From positions 31,744,001 through 31,808,000 of the forward strand of contig CATNEN010000038.1 in NCBI GenBank assembly GCA_950097015.1: a stretch of 64,000 bases of DNA, read 5' to 3'. Positions 1 to 21,200 of the stretch are shown here, one piece after another. A program made the position numbers and the translations under genes. The notes beneath the pieces were generated by a model. The model was not told the origin of the DNA, did not search any database, and saw only the letters and a list, made by a program, of their open reading frames with translations. The stretch is from Macrostomum hystrix. Its lineage: Eukaryota > Animalia > Platyhelminthes. Position 1 is the first letter of the stretch, and every line of letters begins with the position of its first letter.

Positions 1-84
1 TTGAAGACAGTCAGGATTGAAGACAGTCAGGATTGGAGACAGTCAGGATTGAAGACAGTCAGGATTGAAGACAGTCAGTCAGGA
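1..84. repeat. 16-bp minisatellite (TTGAAGACAGTCAGGA)n, truncated by window start
   Basis: About 4-5 direct tandem copies visible. Confidence 0.9.
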
Positions 85-799
85 TGAGGCAAGCAAATGC
101 GATTGTTTTTGAGTCGCAAAGTCCTTTAGTGCAGCTCTCAGGACTTTGGTTTAGGAGATGCACTCTTCAACTCAACCTAAAGTCGCTATTGGACAAGAAG
201 AAGGAGCTTCAGAGGAGAGTTGAGGCAAAATTAGTTTGATCCACAGCTGCCACAGGCTAGCGAGATTAAATTGGTGGGAGTGCGTGCACCAAAGCTTCAA
301 CCCCTAAGCCTCTTATACTGCGGCTTACAATTTGTAGAGGCCTTACTTATATGCACAGCATTAGATTTATATTGCCCTGAGAGAGCGGTCAATTCACGCT
401 GCTGCTGCTGTTGCTGCTTTTGCCCTTAGCTTGTTGTCAGAATCTTACGCTGTTACATCCCTTTCTTTCTCGTTTCTTCACTATTCTTGGTTGCTAGCCG
501 AACAGAATCTGTAACCTACCGATTGGTATGGAAGCTGTTTAAAATTAACAAACTGAAATTACTGCTGACAGCTAAGATAGAGCTGTTGTGCGGTCAGCAG
601 AACCGCAACTCACTGCTCCGATTTGTAAGTTTACCGAGTAGTGCACATTTTTTGCTTGTTATGTTTCTTTTGATTCGTGATGAGAACATTGTGTAGCTCC
701 AGAGTACACTTTGTTTTCCACCATTTTCCTTTCTGTTTTCTCCCCTCTGAACTCTCCCTTCTTGATTCTCCCCTCTGAACTCTCCTCGCTCCATTCTTC

Positions 800-1190
800 C
801 CATCTGTATTCTACCCTCCCATCTCCCCTCTGTAGTCTCCCATCTGTATTCTACCCTCCCATCTCCCCTCTGTAGTCTCCCATCTGTATTCTACCCTCCG
901 ATCTCCCCTCTGTAGTCTCCCATCTGTATTCTACCCTCCCATCTCCCCTCTGTAGTCTCCCATCTGTATTCTACCCTCCCATTTCCCCTCTGTAGTCTCC
1001 CATCTGTATTCTACCCTCCGATCTCCCATCTGTAGTCTCCCATCTGTAGTCTCCCATCTGTATCTCCCTCTGTATTCTCCCTTCTGTATTCTCCCCTATG
1101 AATTCTCCCTTCTTGATTCTCCCCTCTGAGCTCTCCTCTCTCTATTCTTCCCATCTGTTTTCTCCCCTCTGTATTCTACCCCCTGTATTG
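800..1190. repeat. Pyrimidine-rich 40-bp minisatellite (CATCTGTATTCTACCCTCCCATCTCCCCTCTGTAGTCTCC)n with degenerate edges
   Basis: Exact 40-bp period from 801 to about 1040. Confidence 0.9.
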
Positions 1191-1639
1191 TGACAGGTTT
1201 TTAATGCAAGTTGCACTAAATATTGTTTTAGCATTGTTGCTATGTGATATAGCAATTAACAATAATATTCTGTCTTTAAAAAAAATCATCTAAAAAAGTG
1301 TTTTTACCTAATTGGCTCCAGCTACAAAGTCACCGCTGTACATCTGACTATGCCCTGGGAATAGCACTTTGTGTGTAGTTTGAAATAAGACACTACCCAC
1401 AGGTTGAGTCTGAGCTTGGCAACCGACTCAACCTTTTTTGAGCAGCCTGGCAAATAAACCCGCCTCATGGGAATTGAGTGGCAATTAATATGATTTCCTC
1501 GAAATATTTTGGCATATTGGATTTCGGCTAATTTAGCTTTGTGTACTTTTAAACGATGCCTATAAATTGTTGTGCTCTACTGCCGTTACTTCAAAATGTC
1601 ATGGATACGCGAAGGACGTTGCTGAACCTCATACTGCAT

Positions 1640-1852
1640 GACACAGGAGGATATTGGGAGACACTGGGGGATATTGGGAGACACCGGGGGATATTGGGAG
1701 ACACCGGGGGATATTGTGAGACACTGGAGGATATTGGGAGACATTGTGGGGTATCAGGAGACACTGGGAGATATTGGGAGACATTGTGGGACATTGGGAG
1801 ACACTGGGGAGATATTGGGAGACATTGTGGGACATTGGGAGACACTGGGAGA
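1640..1852. repeat. G-rich ~20-bp minisatellite (GGGAGACACTGGGGGATATT-like, built from ~10-bp subunits)
   Basis: Direct tandem copies; explains the overlapping spurious ORFs at 1556-1870. Confidence 0.9.
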
Positions 1853-2793
1853 GATAAAGTAAAAGACTAAGCTATTACTGGATGTCTAAGAGAGTTAAGA
1901 GGGACCGCTGAATCGCAGATCCCCAGGGCTGTTTCTGCTAGTTTGGGCTGGGCATTGGTTTCTGCGGTGCTTGAAGGTTGTGAATAATTTATGAACCAAT
2001 ACTAGCAACCCTCTGCTTCAACTCAAGTTTCACAATTCACAATTTCGTTCCTCTTTCCCAACAGACCTTATGCATTGCTGCGATACAGCAGGCACAATGT
2101 GAAACAGATACAAAACCTGACAACCTCGCGACTACCAGTCACCCAGGACCAATTACTCTATTCTCTTCTCTCTCTCTATTTTCCACTTTGGTCGTTTAAG
2201 GGGAATTTCTTAAACTAACCCCATTTAGTTAGCCTAGCTTAGTGCAAATGCTACTCAATATTTAAAGTGCTCTTTGCTGAACACATTTTAAGCAGGTAAA
2301 TAGTGAAATTTTCCACTCTATCCGATGAAACCACTTCCAGAATCCCAGGATTCTCGTCTAATTGTCTAATTGCAAAAACCACCAATATTCCCTTATTCGC
2401 CATTAGAGGTTTATTCAGAGCAATGTTAGCTGTCCTTGTCACCACGGTGCCTGACAGGAATCGCTGAATATATCTCGACATTGCTGACGTAGAACGGCTT
2501 TTTAAGTTTGTTGATGGTTAAGAGCGGAAAATTTTGGACTTTAACAAATATTGCTCAGTTGGTTTGGGAGCTGTCGTGAAGTAGGCAGTGGGTGTAGTTA
2601 AAATGCCCCCATAGATCGATGGCTAGAGAGAGAGACAGGTAAATGGGAAACTTTAAACTCGAAGTAAATATGTTCGATTGATAGCTAGCAGCCTATTCAG
2701 GTAAGGCATGTCTGTCTGTCTGTCTCTAATGATCAACTGTCCTTGTTTCACTTGGTCACAGGCCTTGCCGACTAGTACAGCATCGAAACTGCA

Positions 2794-11167
<8,374 letters not shown>

Positions 11168-11362
11168 TATAACATTTTTTATATCCTTTGGAATTGAATA
11201 TTCAACGAGCGAATAGGCTTCTTAATACAAAAATGTTAGATTTACTTTCTACTGAAAATCATGAAGGTTTAAGGTGATTGAGCATAATGAATCTTTTTAC
11301 CTATTAATTTTATTCACTCGCGTTCAACTCTGAGTTCACTCATTATAGTTTTTTTCAAGATT

Positions 11363-11670
11363 GGGTTGAGTGGCAGAGCTGTTAAAGTGTTTGCGTCTCT
11401 CGGTATTGCACCTGAGCTCGATTACGCGGCAAAGGCCACGTTTATTTCGGTCGCCCTTGAGGGCCAACCTCAAAGGCACAGTTAGAGTGTACACTGCCTG
11501 AGAAAGTCAGGGAGGATGTACATGCCTGTGTGAGTGTGCCTGCGTACGGTATCTGTGTGCGTGTGTGCTCAGGAGTCAGCGAAATGGGCAGAATTGCCTC
11601 CTCGCTGGCTGTGGATCTAGTGTCACCAAATTTTGTGTCATTGCCCACAGCCCTCCTGCAATTTTTATTA
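11363..11670 (+). mobile_element. tRNA-derived SINE, family A, copy 1
   Basis: A-box-like TGGCAGAGCTG and degenerate B box (GAGCTCGATT); body GCCTGCGTACGGTATCTGTGTGCGTGTGTGCTCAGGAGTC...GCCCTCCTGCAA is shared with copies at 23912, 57240 and 63575. Confidence 0.8.
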
Positions 11671-14121
11671 CTTTTTTGTTTTTTTATTATAGGGAGATAA
11701 ATAAATAGAGACATTTTCCTAACTCCGCCGAGGTTACTAAAACAAACAAACCAAACATCAAAACTAATTTTTAATTACTAGCTGTAAGTCTCAATAGTGT
11801 TTCAAACTATTTGCTAAATCATTGCTTCATTTTCTCTAGAAAATTATCAATTTATCAACAAACCCGTATAAAACTTCATGTACATGACGTTTAAAAATGT
11901 GTGATTCACTTATAAGATTTCCACACGATTCATGCCATGTGTTTATATATTCCTCTACATTTTTTATTTTATAAATGTGCGTAGCTATAAATTGACTTTA
12001 TATAGCACGACTTGGAAATCGACAAAGCATTAATTAAATATAAAATTTATATAAATTAATATCTGTAAATTCGGTTCTGATTTAAAAAAAAACCTTCTTA
12101 CTCAAAGTCAATCATTAAAAATATTTTTGAAAACCTATTGTTGTTTTAATGAAATTTAAATCAACAAGAATACAAAAATCTATCGTAAAAATAGTCTTAG
12201 CCATTTAAACAAAGGCTACAATTTTCAAAAGGTTTCGGAATTAATTTTCCTTTGTAGGGCGAACTCAATTTCAGTAAATCAGAAATGTGACATTAAATAA
12301 TTGTTAAAATTGTTAAAATTTACATTAAAAACGAAGAAACAAAATTTTGATAGAATTTTATCGATTTCCAACAATAATCCAACACATGCATAGTTTAAAT
12401 ACTCTTATATAACAATTCAATGCTGCAATAGACGACCCTGTTTGGTCGAAATTAGGTTCTTGAAATTACTGAAGGTTGTAACTTTACCCAATTCTTTGTT
12501 TACTCCAAATTTTCTTTTATTATGTATTACTGACTCGTCGACAAGGTTGTTCATTTTTATATTGGCTTTTACAAAAATTTGCTTGCATTGTGCTAATGCA
12601 TTGAAATGTACTCGTAGTGCAATAAGCAAAATTGAATTTTATTTGTTCTTTATTACTGCATAATTTGCTTTAATTTTTTAGCTTTCTCTGTCTACATCCT
12701 TCTAGCCCTACACATAGTTTTTGTCTACTCACGTGCTCCTACATTCACTAAGAAAATATGCTAATTGATACATCAAATAAACGGAAACCGGCTACCTTGC
12801 TAATTTAAGAAAAATTGCAGAGTTGTTTAAATAAATTAAAAACAAAACAGCCTACTGGTAAAATATACAATAACTACGGAAAAACCTACATCAAACAGCT
12901 GAAATATATACACGAAACTGAAAAAATCTACGTCTAACAGTTGAAAACTATGTCTAACAGGTGCAAAAATACGATTATCAGGTGAAATCTACGTCCAGAA
13001 GGTGAAACCTACGTCCTACAGGTGAAACCGATGTCTAAGAGTTAAATAAAAAAATATTCACTATATTATTTAGTTAGAAAAAAAGAAATCTGAACAAATA
13101 AATTACACTTATGTGGCGGCCAGACCAGCACGCTGCTGGCGCGGGCAGTGCACCTGCACTCAATCGGCCTGACTCACCCTGCCCGGGGGGTGGGTGCACC
13201 CAGACGGCCGGCGCGCTAAGCCGCAGGGTCTGGCACGGACTATGCGCACCTCCCCATGCCTCGCTGTCGCGCAGTATTTATATGCGATTGTGAAAAATAA
13301 AAGTTGACCTGCTCTCGCGCCATTTCATTTTGCGAGTCGCTAAACTTATCTGTTAATTACCAGATATAAACTGTATACTTAAATTTATAAAATTTATCAT
13401 GTACGAGTATTTTATAATTAAAAAATGTAAATGACAAGAAAGAGTCTTGCTAAAAACCATTGAAAGCGTCTAAGTATTAGTAAATAACGTTCGTTATAGA
13501 GTACTAAACTACAATTAACAATGCATTTTAACAAAAAATATAGTTGAAAGATTTTTCAAGGTCAGTCTAAAGATTACGAACGAGAACGCAGTAAAACAAG
13601 AAAGCTGTAAAAGTTTAAATTAATACATTCGATGACTAACTGTAGTCCAAGTTTTAATACGTCGTAAAAAGCTTCATTTCAAAAATCGAGCTTGAAATCG
13701 TTAGATCGTTAAATATTCGTAGTCTATTAAACAAAAACACTGGCCACTCTAGATTGACAAATCATCACAATGTTCTGGCATCAGCTTCAGATTCTGCTCT
13801 TTAAAAATTCGCACTCAGTGTAACAAAAGTTAGACGGGTTGTGACGAAGCGCGTAACATATGCATCATCGAGAAAAAAATACAAAAAATAAAATAAAATA
13901 AATGCAGCATTTTCTATCTGTTTTAACATGCAAAATACTTCCTTTAACCAGGTAAACTGATTCTTGCAGAATAACATATAGACTAAAGAATACAGTTTGT
14001 ATTCATTATTCATTTTATAGCGGTCATGTATATACAAACTTGTAGTTATAGTGTTGGATAGTATAAGTAATGAAAAAATATTCTACACAATTAATAATTC
14101 ATAAATGATTTGTGCATTCAT

Positions 14122-14315
14122 TGAGGGGTGGGGAGGCAGTTTGGGGGTCCGATGTACATTGAGGGATTGGTGGGGAGGAAGTTTAAGGGTCCGATGTACA
14201 TTGAGGGATTGGTGGGGAGGCAGTTTGGGGGTCCGATGTACATTGAGGGTATGGTGGGGAAGCAGTCTAGGGTCCTGTGTACTTTGAGGGAATGGGGAGG
14301 CAGTTTTGTGGTACG
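14122..14315. repeat. 42-bp minisatellite, about 4.5 copies
   Basis: GAGGGATTGGTGGGGAGG..GTTT..GGGTCCGATGTACATT at a 42-bp period (14161, 14203). Confidence 0.85.
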
Positions 14316-15109
14316 GTCTAAATTTTGGTTTGGGGCTTCAAAAAAAGTCGTAAAATGACAAAAAGTGACAGAATTTCAGTAGGGTCATATCCGCTATTAG
14401 CAATTAGGCCAGGGCCTTTCTAGCTGCTAGAATGTGTTCTCGCAGTTTCCATTGCAGAGGACAGGCGAGTTGAAGAAACTCGTGACTAAGTAGGTTTGCC
14501 GCGGTTGGTCTCACAGTAGGATCAACACTCAGGCACTGGTCAAGGAAGCTGGTTAATACCGCACTCATGCTAGCTGGGTCTTTGTAATCTGGCTTGCCTT
14601 TCGTTTGAATCAGGTAGATTGCCTGAATTAAAAATATGGCAGGCAAAAGAAAATATAATTTGATATTTTAATAGATGAAACCGGTATCTAACAGATCAAG
14701 CCACGTGTCTAACAGGTAAGCCTCATATCTAACAGGTAAGCCACATATCTAACAGGTGAAATTTTATTCCCTCTACATATCAACAACCAGCAATTAAAAA
14801 TCCTACTCACTTTAACAGGTAGCTCATTTAGATAAGGTGGCTCGCCCTCTAGCATTTCCAGCACTAGCACACCAAGAGACCAGATGTCCACCTTGCTGTT
14901 GTAAGCGATTGGCTCGGCTGACGCAACCGATGCCGACTCGCATCTAGTCGAGACCATCTCCGGAGCCATCCAGTAGGGCGTGCCAATCTAAAATGCGAGG
15001 GTTCTTTGTAAAAAAAGTTAAGAAAATGCTTTACAAGCCTACTTATAGTAAGCGTAAAAAGCCTAAAACAAAAATGTAAATATCCTAAAAATAGGGTAAA
15101 AAACACCTG

Positions 15110-15372
15110 AGACACCTGAAGAATCGGAGGGTATCTAGGGAATGGGTATGAAGAAAAGGGGATTATCTTGAAAAGAGCCCTGAAGAATCGGAGGTTATCT
15201 AGGAGATACCTGAAGAAGCTGAGGATATCTAAGAAAAAGACCTGAAGAATCGGAGGTTATCTAGGAAACAGACCTGAAGAATAGGAGGTTGCTTAGGAGA
15301 CGCCTGAAGAATCAGGGGTTGCCTAGGAGATACCTGAACAATAGGAACAATAGGAGGTTCTTGACACCTGAA
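15110..15372. repeat. Degenerate ~30-bp minisatellite (CCTGAAGAATCGGAGGTTATCTAGGAGATA) in a PAK intron
   Basis: Recurring CCTGAAGAA core. Confidence 0.8.
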
Positions 15373-15914
15373 GATTGACCCACCCTGGTGCAGCGATAGC
15401 TTTCGTCCGCGTTAAGCAAGGCGCAAAATCCGAAATCCGTGACCTTGACCTGCCCATTGGTGCTAAGCAGTACATTGTCCGACTTCAAATCGCGATGCAT
15501 TATCCTGCGCGAGTGCAGATATTCAACAGCTTTTAGGCATTCGCGAGCTACACCCGCTATGATTGGCTCCTGCATAACCGTCTCCATGGCAACGTCTGTT
15601 AGGCAGCCTCCGTCCAGAAACTCCATCACTATTAGTATTTCGGCTGTTGAATATTTTCCGCCAGATTGGTTCAGAAAGGCGCGAATAAAATTCACGATAT
15701 TATCGTGTCGAAGACTTCGCATCACAGAAAGTTCAGTTAGTAAGGCTTCGCGTCTTCTACTGTTGCCTAGCAACCAAGCGCATGCATTTAACGGCGACTG
15801 AACAGTCGGTAGTTCGATTCTTGGCCAAACGAACCGTTCCTGTAGCTCTGAAGTGTGTATGATTTAACGTAATTATTTAACGAATTATAGCTACCCACCT
15901 GGCTACTGTTTCAG

Positions 15915-16228
15915 TTAACGGATTATCCCCAGTAGTTAATGAATTATCCCCAGTAGGTAATGAATTATCTCTATTAAGTAACGAATTGTCCTCAGTAAGT
16001 CTAAGTAGGTCTTAGATGCCTGTAACGAATTATCCTAAGTAAGTAACGATTTATCCTCAGTAAGTAACGGATTATCCTAAGTAAGTAACGATTTATCCTC
16101 AGTAAGTAACGGATTATCCCCATTAAGTAACGAATTATCCCAGTATGTAACGATTTATCCCCAGTAGGTAATGAACTATCTCTAGAAAGTAACTAATTAT
16201 CCCAGTATGTAACGAATTATCCCCAGTT
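15915..16228. repeat. Degenerate ~20-bp minisatellite (AGTAAGTAACGAATTATCCC) in a PAK intron
   Basis: Recurring GTAACGA.TTATCC core. Confidence 0.8.
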
Positions 16229-18219
16229 AGCGACTCAGTTACCTAGGATGCTTTAATTAAGAGTAGAAATACCACGGGGCAATTTCAAATACTCACTGTT
16301 CTCTTTTTCTTTATCTCCCAAAGTATTTAACCAATCGCCGTGAAAATCCAGAAAAGAGGCTAAAATGTTCCCTATATTGTATTTTATAAAATGAAAAGAG
16401 GCTAAAAATGTATTGAAATAAAGGCAGAGCACAACCGTGGCTCACCCAGTGCCAAGCAACTCTGGGCTCCAGCAGTAAGTGTCTTCGAAATCGTGGCCCA
16501 GAGAGTCTCGATCCGCTTCGGGTCGCAGCAGCAGGTTTTGAAGTCTATCAAAAAATGAGTCCAACTCAGTCTCATGACAAAGAGAATTCGGCTTGCAATC
16601 TGTCACTGATCTAGTTCTCACTGGAACAGGCGCGTCGTCAATCTCGTTTTCGGCATCAGCTTCGTCGCCGAAGCTGCCACCGCTGCCGCTGTAGAATCGC
16701 ACGGCCTGCTCTACAGCGGCTGGATGTTGAATCCTGCAGTCCTTCGTAAATTGAGCATCCAGCCAGCACTGCCAGGCATCGGGTAGGCCGACAAACTCGC
16801 CTGTGTCCGGGTCGATCTCGATGTGAACTAGGCGCTCCAGATTTGTTGGCGCGCCGATCTTCAACGAGTTGCACCCGGCTGATAATGGCGATGGCGGTTG
16901 GCTGGAAGAACCGCAGCCTCGCCTGCCACTGCCGAACAGGCGGGATAGCTGAAAATAAATACACAATAAATACATTTAGCTTATCTATGCAGCTGAATCA
17001 GATTTTTAATTTGGTGTCAACTCTATAAGTTACAGACAAAGTAACTTATAGTATTTTTAGTATTTTGTAAATTCATTTAATATCTTGGCCACAAGAATAA
17101 AGTTAGATTTAAGAAGAAAATATTTCATTAAATGTTTTAATCAATTGATTACAAATAGTAGTCCATTTGTAGATTGAGTTCTATTTTAAATAAAAAAATT
17201 TAATTCAACTTTAATTAAGCAAGAATGCATTTGAAGTGCAATAAAGTTTATACTAAACAGTGTACAAAACTCACAAGCAAATTTTCAGAAACAGACAAAC
17301 AAGCAGACAGATACTAAAGATTTAGAATTTTCATGTATACATGTATGTAATAAAATATATATACAGATTTTCTCCCATTTTTGAGCTGTTTTCTTTGCAA
17401 TCAAGTAATTTTTAATTTTTGTATTTAAAATGGGTTGTAAAAGACGTTTTTTGAAGCTTTGTCTAGCAAAATAGAATTTTCTTGAAGTCTACGGGAAAGA
17501 TATTAAAAAAGGAAGATATTTTTGTTAGAATATCTGGGATACAGATACAGTTAAGCTATAACTATATAAATATAAATAATGTATATTTGATTTTGTAATT
17601 AAATTATATATGGATGTATGCATATTTATTTCCATAATTTTCAGCTAAATATATATTCCAATGCAGCTATTTAAATAAAATTACATGATTGCTTTAGTGT
17701 TTGATTAGAAACTGCAGGTTACAGCCTGCCACATTTCATTTAAATATGCTTAGCACAGTTTTTCTTTCAATATAGTATTGCATTAATTATAAGCTCAACA
17801 CCGTGAGCATTTCAGTAAGTTTTGTTCAAATCTTCAGGATTCGCTACATATGAAAATGAGTTTATAGACAAAGTTTAGGCTCATCAAAACCCAGATTTGC
17901 TTTGTTGTAAAAACGTGTTTAATATTTCTATCTCGGAAAACAATCGCCCAGAATTATCGCGCTTCTCGAACAAAAATTTTAACAAATTCCATCGTTGGAC
18001 ATGCTACTGATGCCTTTATTGTAATAGTTACAAAGCTTTTAAAGTAAAACAAAAACAAATAATTTTTTTAATCAGCATAAATAACAATTGCTTACAGCTT
18101 TGCTAAATGACGCACTTTTTTAAGTCGCTATTAAATTCCAATTTTACACTTCGAAATCTTCACCTTTTTATACTGTTGTATACCATCGTATTAGGAGTGC
18201 TAGATATTCTGTTTAGGAC

Positions 18220-21200
18220 ATGGAAGATCAAGTAAAGCCAATTAACTACGATTTTCTTAAAAAGCTGGTTGGTATCGATGGCCTATCAAATGTGTAAGTA
18301 GAAATATTGGGTTTCGACGATAAGTTGACTACTGGTTTAGTATATAGTATCTGTATTTAATGTAATTTAAAAGCACCACAATGCTTCTTTATATGTTGAG
18401 TTTATTTTTATATATTTTAAAGACTGCAGAAGCGCAGCACAGCGGACGCGCACGCTGAAGTGATGCGCAATTATCACCGGGTGTTTGTCGACTCGGCCGC
18501 GCCAAGTCGTCTGCCGCCGGTACACACAGAGAAGCGCTTCTCGGAGAGGGCCAGCCTAAGGATTACCCAGGCCCCAGCTGCCGAGCTTCCAGCAGACAGG
18601 AGCTGCTGTGATCAGCAACAGTCGAGCGGAGACGGCGGTCCATTGCTAGCAATCGAATACAAGTCCCATGATGTGCGCGAGTTTACGAGGCGAGCGCATG
18701 CGAATAGCAAAGTTGGTGCGTGTGGTATTTTTTACTTATAAGAAAATAAAGCACTATAGAAAAACATTTATTTCGAAAAAACTTTTCCTTGGCGTTAGTA
18801 ATTACTAACTACATATGTTAATTAACTAAAGATAAATAGCGAAAGATTCCGAACGGGCTTGCACATTTACACCGCCTAACAGCCTATATAGTTCTAACTA
18901 ACAGGTCCACACTGTCCTGTCTAACAGTTCTGTCTAACATTTCTACAATATCCTGTCTAACTGGTTCGCAGTATCCAATCTTACATTTGAATTCATCCAT
19001 AAGTTCAAATCCATCGGAAGGCTTATTCAAATCCGCAGCCTCAGCCGCAGCCAAGCCAACCAAGCACGCACTGATTCAAGCGCTCCGCCGACTGCTCAAG
19101 AAGCCTATGTACGAGCGCACAGCGGCTGACAATGATCAGCTCTATCAGCTCATGCGCAGCTTCGAGCCTCTGAGCAGTCAGGTGCCAGACCAGCAGCTGC
19201 TCAAGGAGCTGGCGACAGTCGCCAAACTGGAGCGCTGGCCAGAAGGCGATGTCACACTACTCGCCCACGGCTCATTGTTTCTGACTCTACACGGCTGCGC
19301 TGTGGCCCTAACTGAGCCGACAATGCGCGGATCCGAGGACACTGACGAGGCAGCTTTCGTTGAAAGATGTCGCACATTGGATAAAGATGAGCAGAGAGTG
19401 GTGAGTCACGTGTCTAAACTGGGATTCCCGCATTGAAATTTCTAAAAATAGCATACGTCAGGATTTTCCCAACTGAAGTTTCTAAAAATAGCATACGTCA
19501 GGATTTTCCCAATTGAAATTTCTAAAAATAGCATACGTCAGGATTTTCCCAATTGAAGTTTCTAAAAATAGCATACGTCAGGATTTCCCTAATTGAAATT
19601 TCTAAAAATAGCAAACTTTAACTGCCTAATACAACTCCCTAATACTCCCTAATACAAAAATCAAATTAGGCTTGTTTTTGTTTGAAGTTAGAACTATGCC
19701 TTCGCCAATCACAATTCGGATTTGACCTGAAAGTTATTTTCAAAAACGCTAAATACAGGAAATTCTTTCTCTTTTAGTAAATCAACTGCTTCCGGGGAAA
19801 AAATACCACCTTTCAGGACAAGTTACCCAATTTTCGTATGATTAAGTAACCCCCTAATTTTTTAATTCGGCCAGATAAAGGTTGGCGAACTATTTGGCAC
19901 ACTAAAGTACACCGAACAGCCGCGAATCGGTGACAAGATTCTGTCCGTCTATCTACCAGACGATGGCAGCGAGTTTTTGAAGATCTCTTCTGACGATTAT
20001 CAGCGACTCAAAGAGCAGCTAGAAAACAAGGACGAGAATGAGAAGATCGCCCTGCTATTGGAGAATCCTGGCTACGCCCTGTGGTCACGGCAGCCGCTGT
20101 TGAAGGTCGCCCGCCTGCTGGAATGGCTGACCGTGCCAGCCAACAGTGTCATTGTTAGCGAAGGCTTCAAGTCACCGTTCATTGGTGAGAAATTTGAGTA
20201 GAGTGCTCATAACTATGAGTATGAGTAGATTACTCATTGCTATGAGTATGAGTAGATTACTCATTGCTATGAGTTTGAGTAGAGTGCTCATTCCTATGAG
20301 TATTGGTAGAGTACAGTACTGTGCTATGAGTTTGAGTACATTATTCATTGCTATGAGTTTGAGTAGAGTTCTCATTCTTATGAGTTTGAGTAGAGTTCTC
20401 ATTCTTATGAGTTTGAGTAGAGTTCTCATTCTTATGAGTTTGAGTAGAGTGCTCATTCCTATGAGTATTGGTAGAGTACAATACTGTGCTATGAGTTTGA
20501 GTACAGTATTCATTGCTATGAGCTTGGGTGGAGTGCTCATTCCTGTGACTTTGAGTAGAGCGCTCATTGTTATGAGTTTGAGTAGAGTACTCATTCCAAT
20601 GAGTTCGAGTAGTGTGCTCATTCCTCTGAGTTTGAGTAGAGTGCTCATTTTTATGAGTTTGAGAATGGTCCTCATTGCTATGTTTTTTGAGTAGAGTGCT
20701 CATTCTAATGAGTATGATTAGAGTATTGTTAATTCCTATGAGTTTGAGTACAGTGCTCATTCCTATAAGTATGAGTAGAGTGCTCATCCCACTGAGTATC
20801 GGAATGAGTGCTCTACAAGACAGCATAGTAGTCATACCTAGCTTGTATTCCAGTAAAAATACTGGCAAAATGCACCCAACCGTTGTCCCCTAAGGCTACA
20901 TCCAGTCTGGCAGTTGTCTTCTACTACGCAAACTGCGCGTCAACAAGACTCTGAAGAATGGCCACGAGTTGCAGCACACGGCTCACATTGTTATGTCGCG
21001 GGTTGGCCCAAAGCAGGCGTTTGGCGAAGCCTCCCTATTGGACCAGGAGGACATGCCGTGCACTCTGATTGCCGAAACTGGCACTGTCCGGATGGCCGTG
21101 CTAAGGCCAGACAAATTGGCCGAGCTGGACTCGGACACTCGACTCCTGATTGGCCAATCGGCCGACGCCAAACTTGGCCGAATGCCGCAGGTTGGTTTCT

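Larger units (their letters stand above)
14404..16948 (-). pseudogene. pak: PAK/STE20-family kinase, frameshifted as assembled; exons complement(16446..16948,15384..15847,14811..14987,14404..14622); start exon not found
   Basis: CRIB-like IGAPTNLERLVHI..DTGEFVGLP; LGTG|[56 protein letters not shown]. In-frame TAG at 15759-15757 after VAVKCMR; the kinase continues in the +1 frame. Either a pseudogene or a sequencing error. Confidence 0.8.

Noticed and set aside
17270-18190. Candidate first coding exons for PAK (donors near 17274, 18095, 18162)
   Set aside because: Each has an in-frame stop or incompatible phase when joined to the 16948 exon.
20146-20893. MSLSRVLI-repeat ORFs
   Set aside because: Intronic 27-bp minisatellite between phase-compatible CNBD1 exons.
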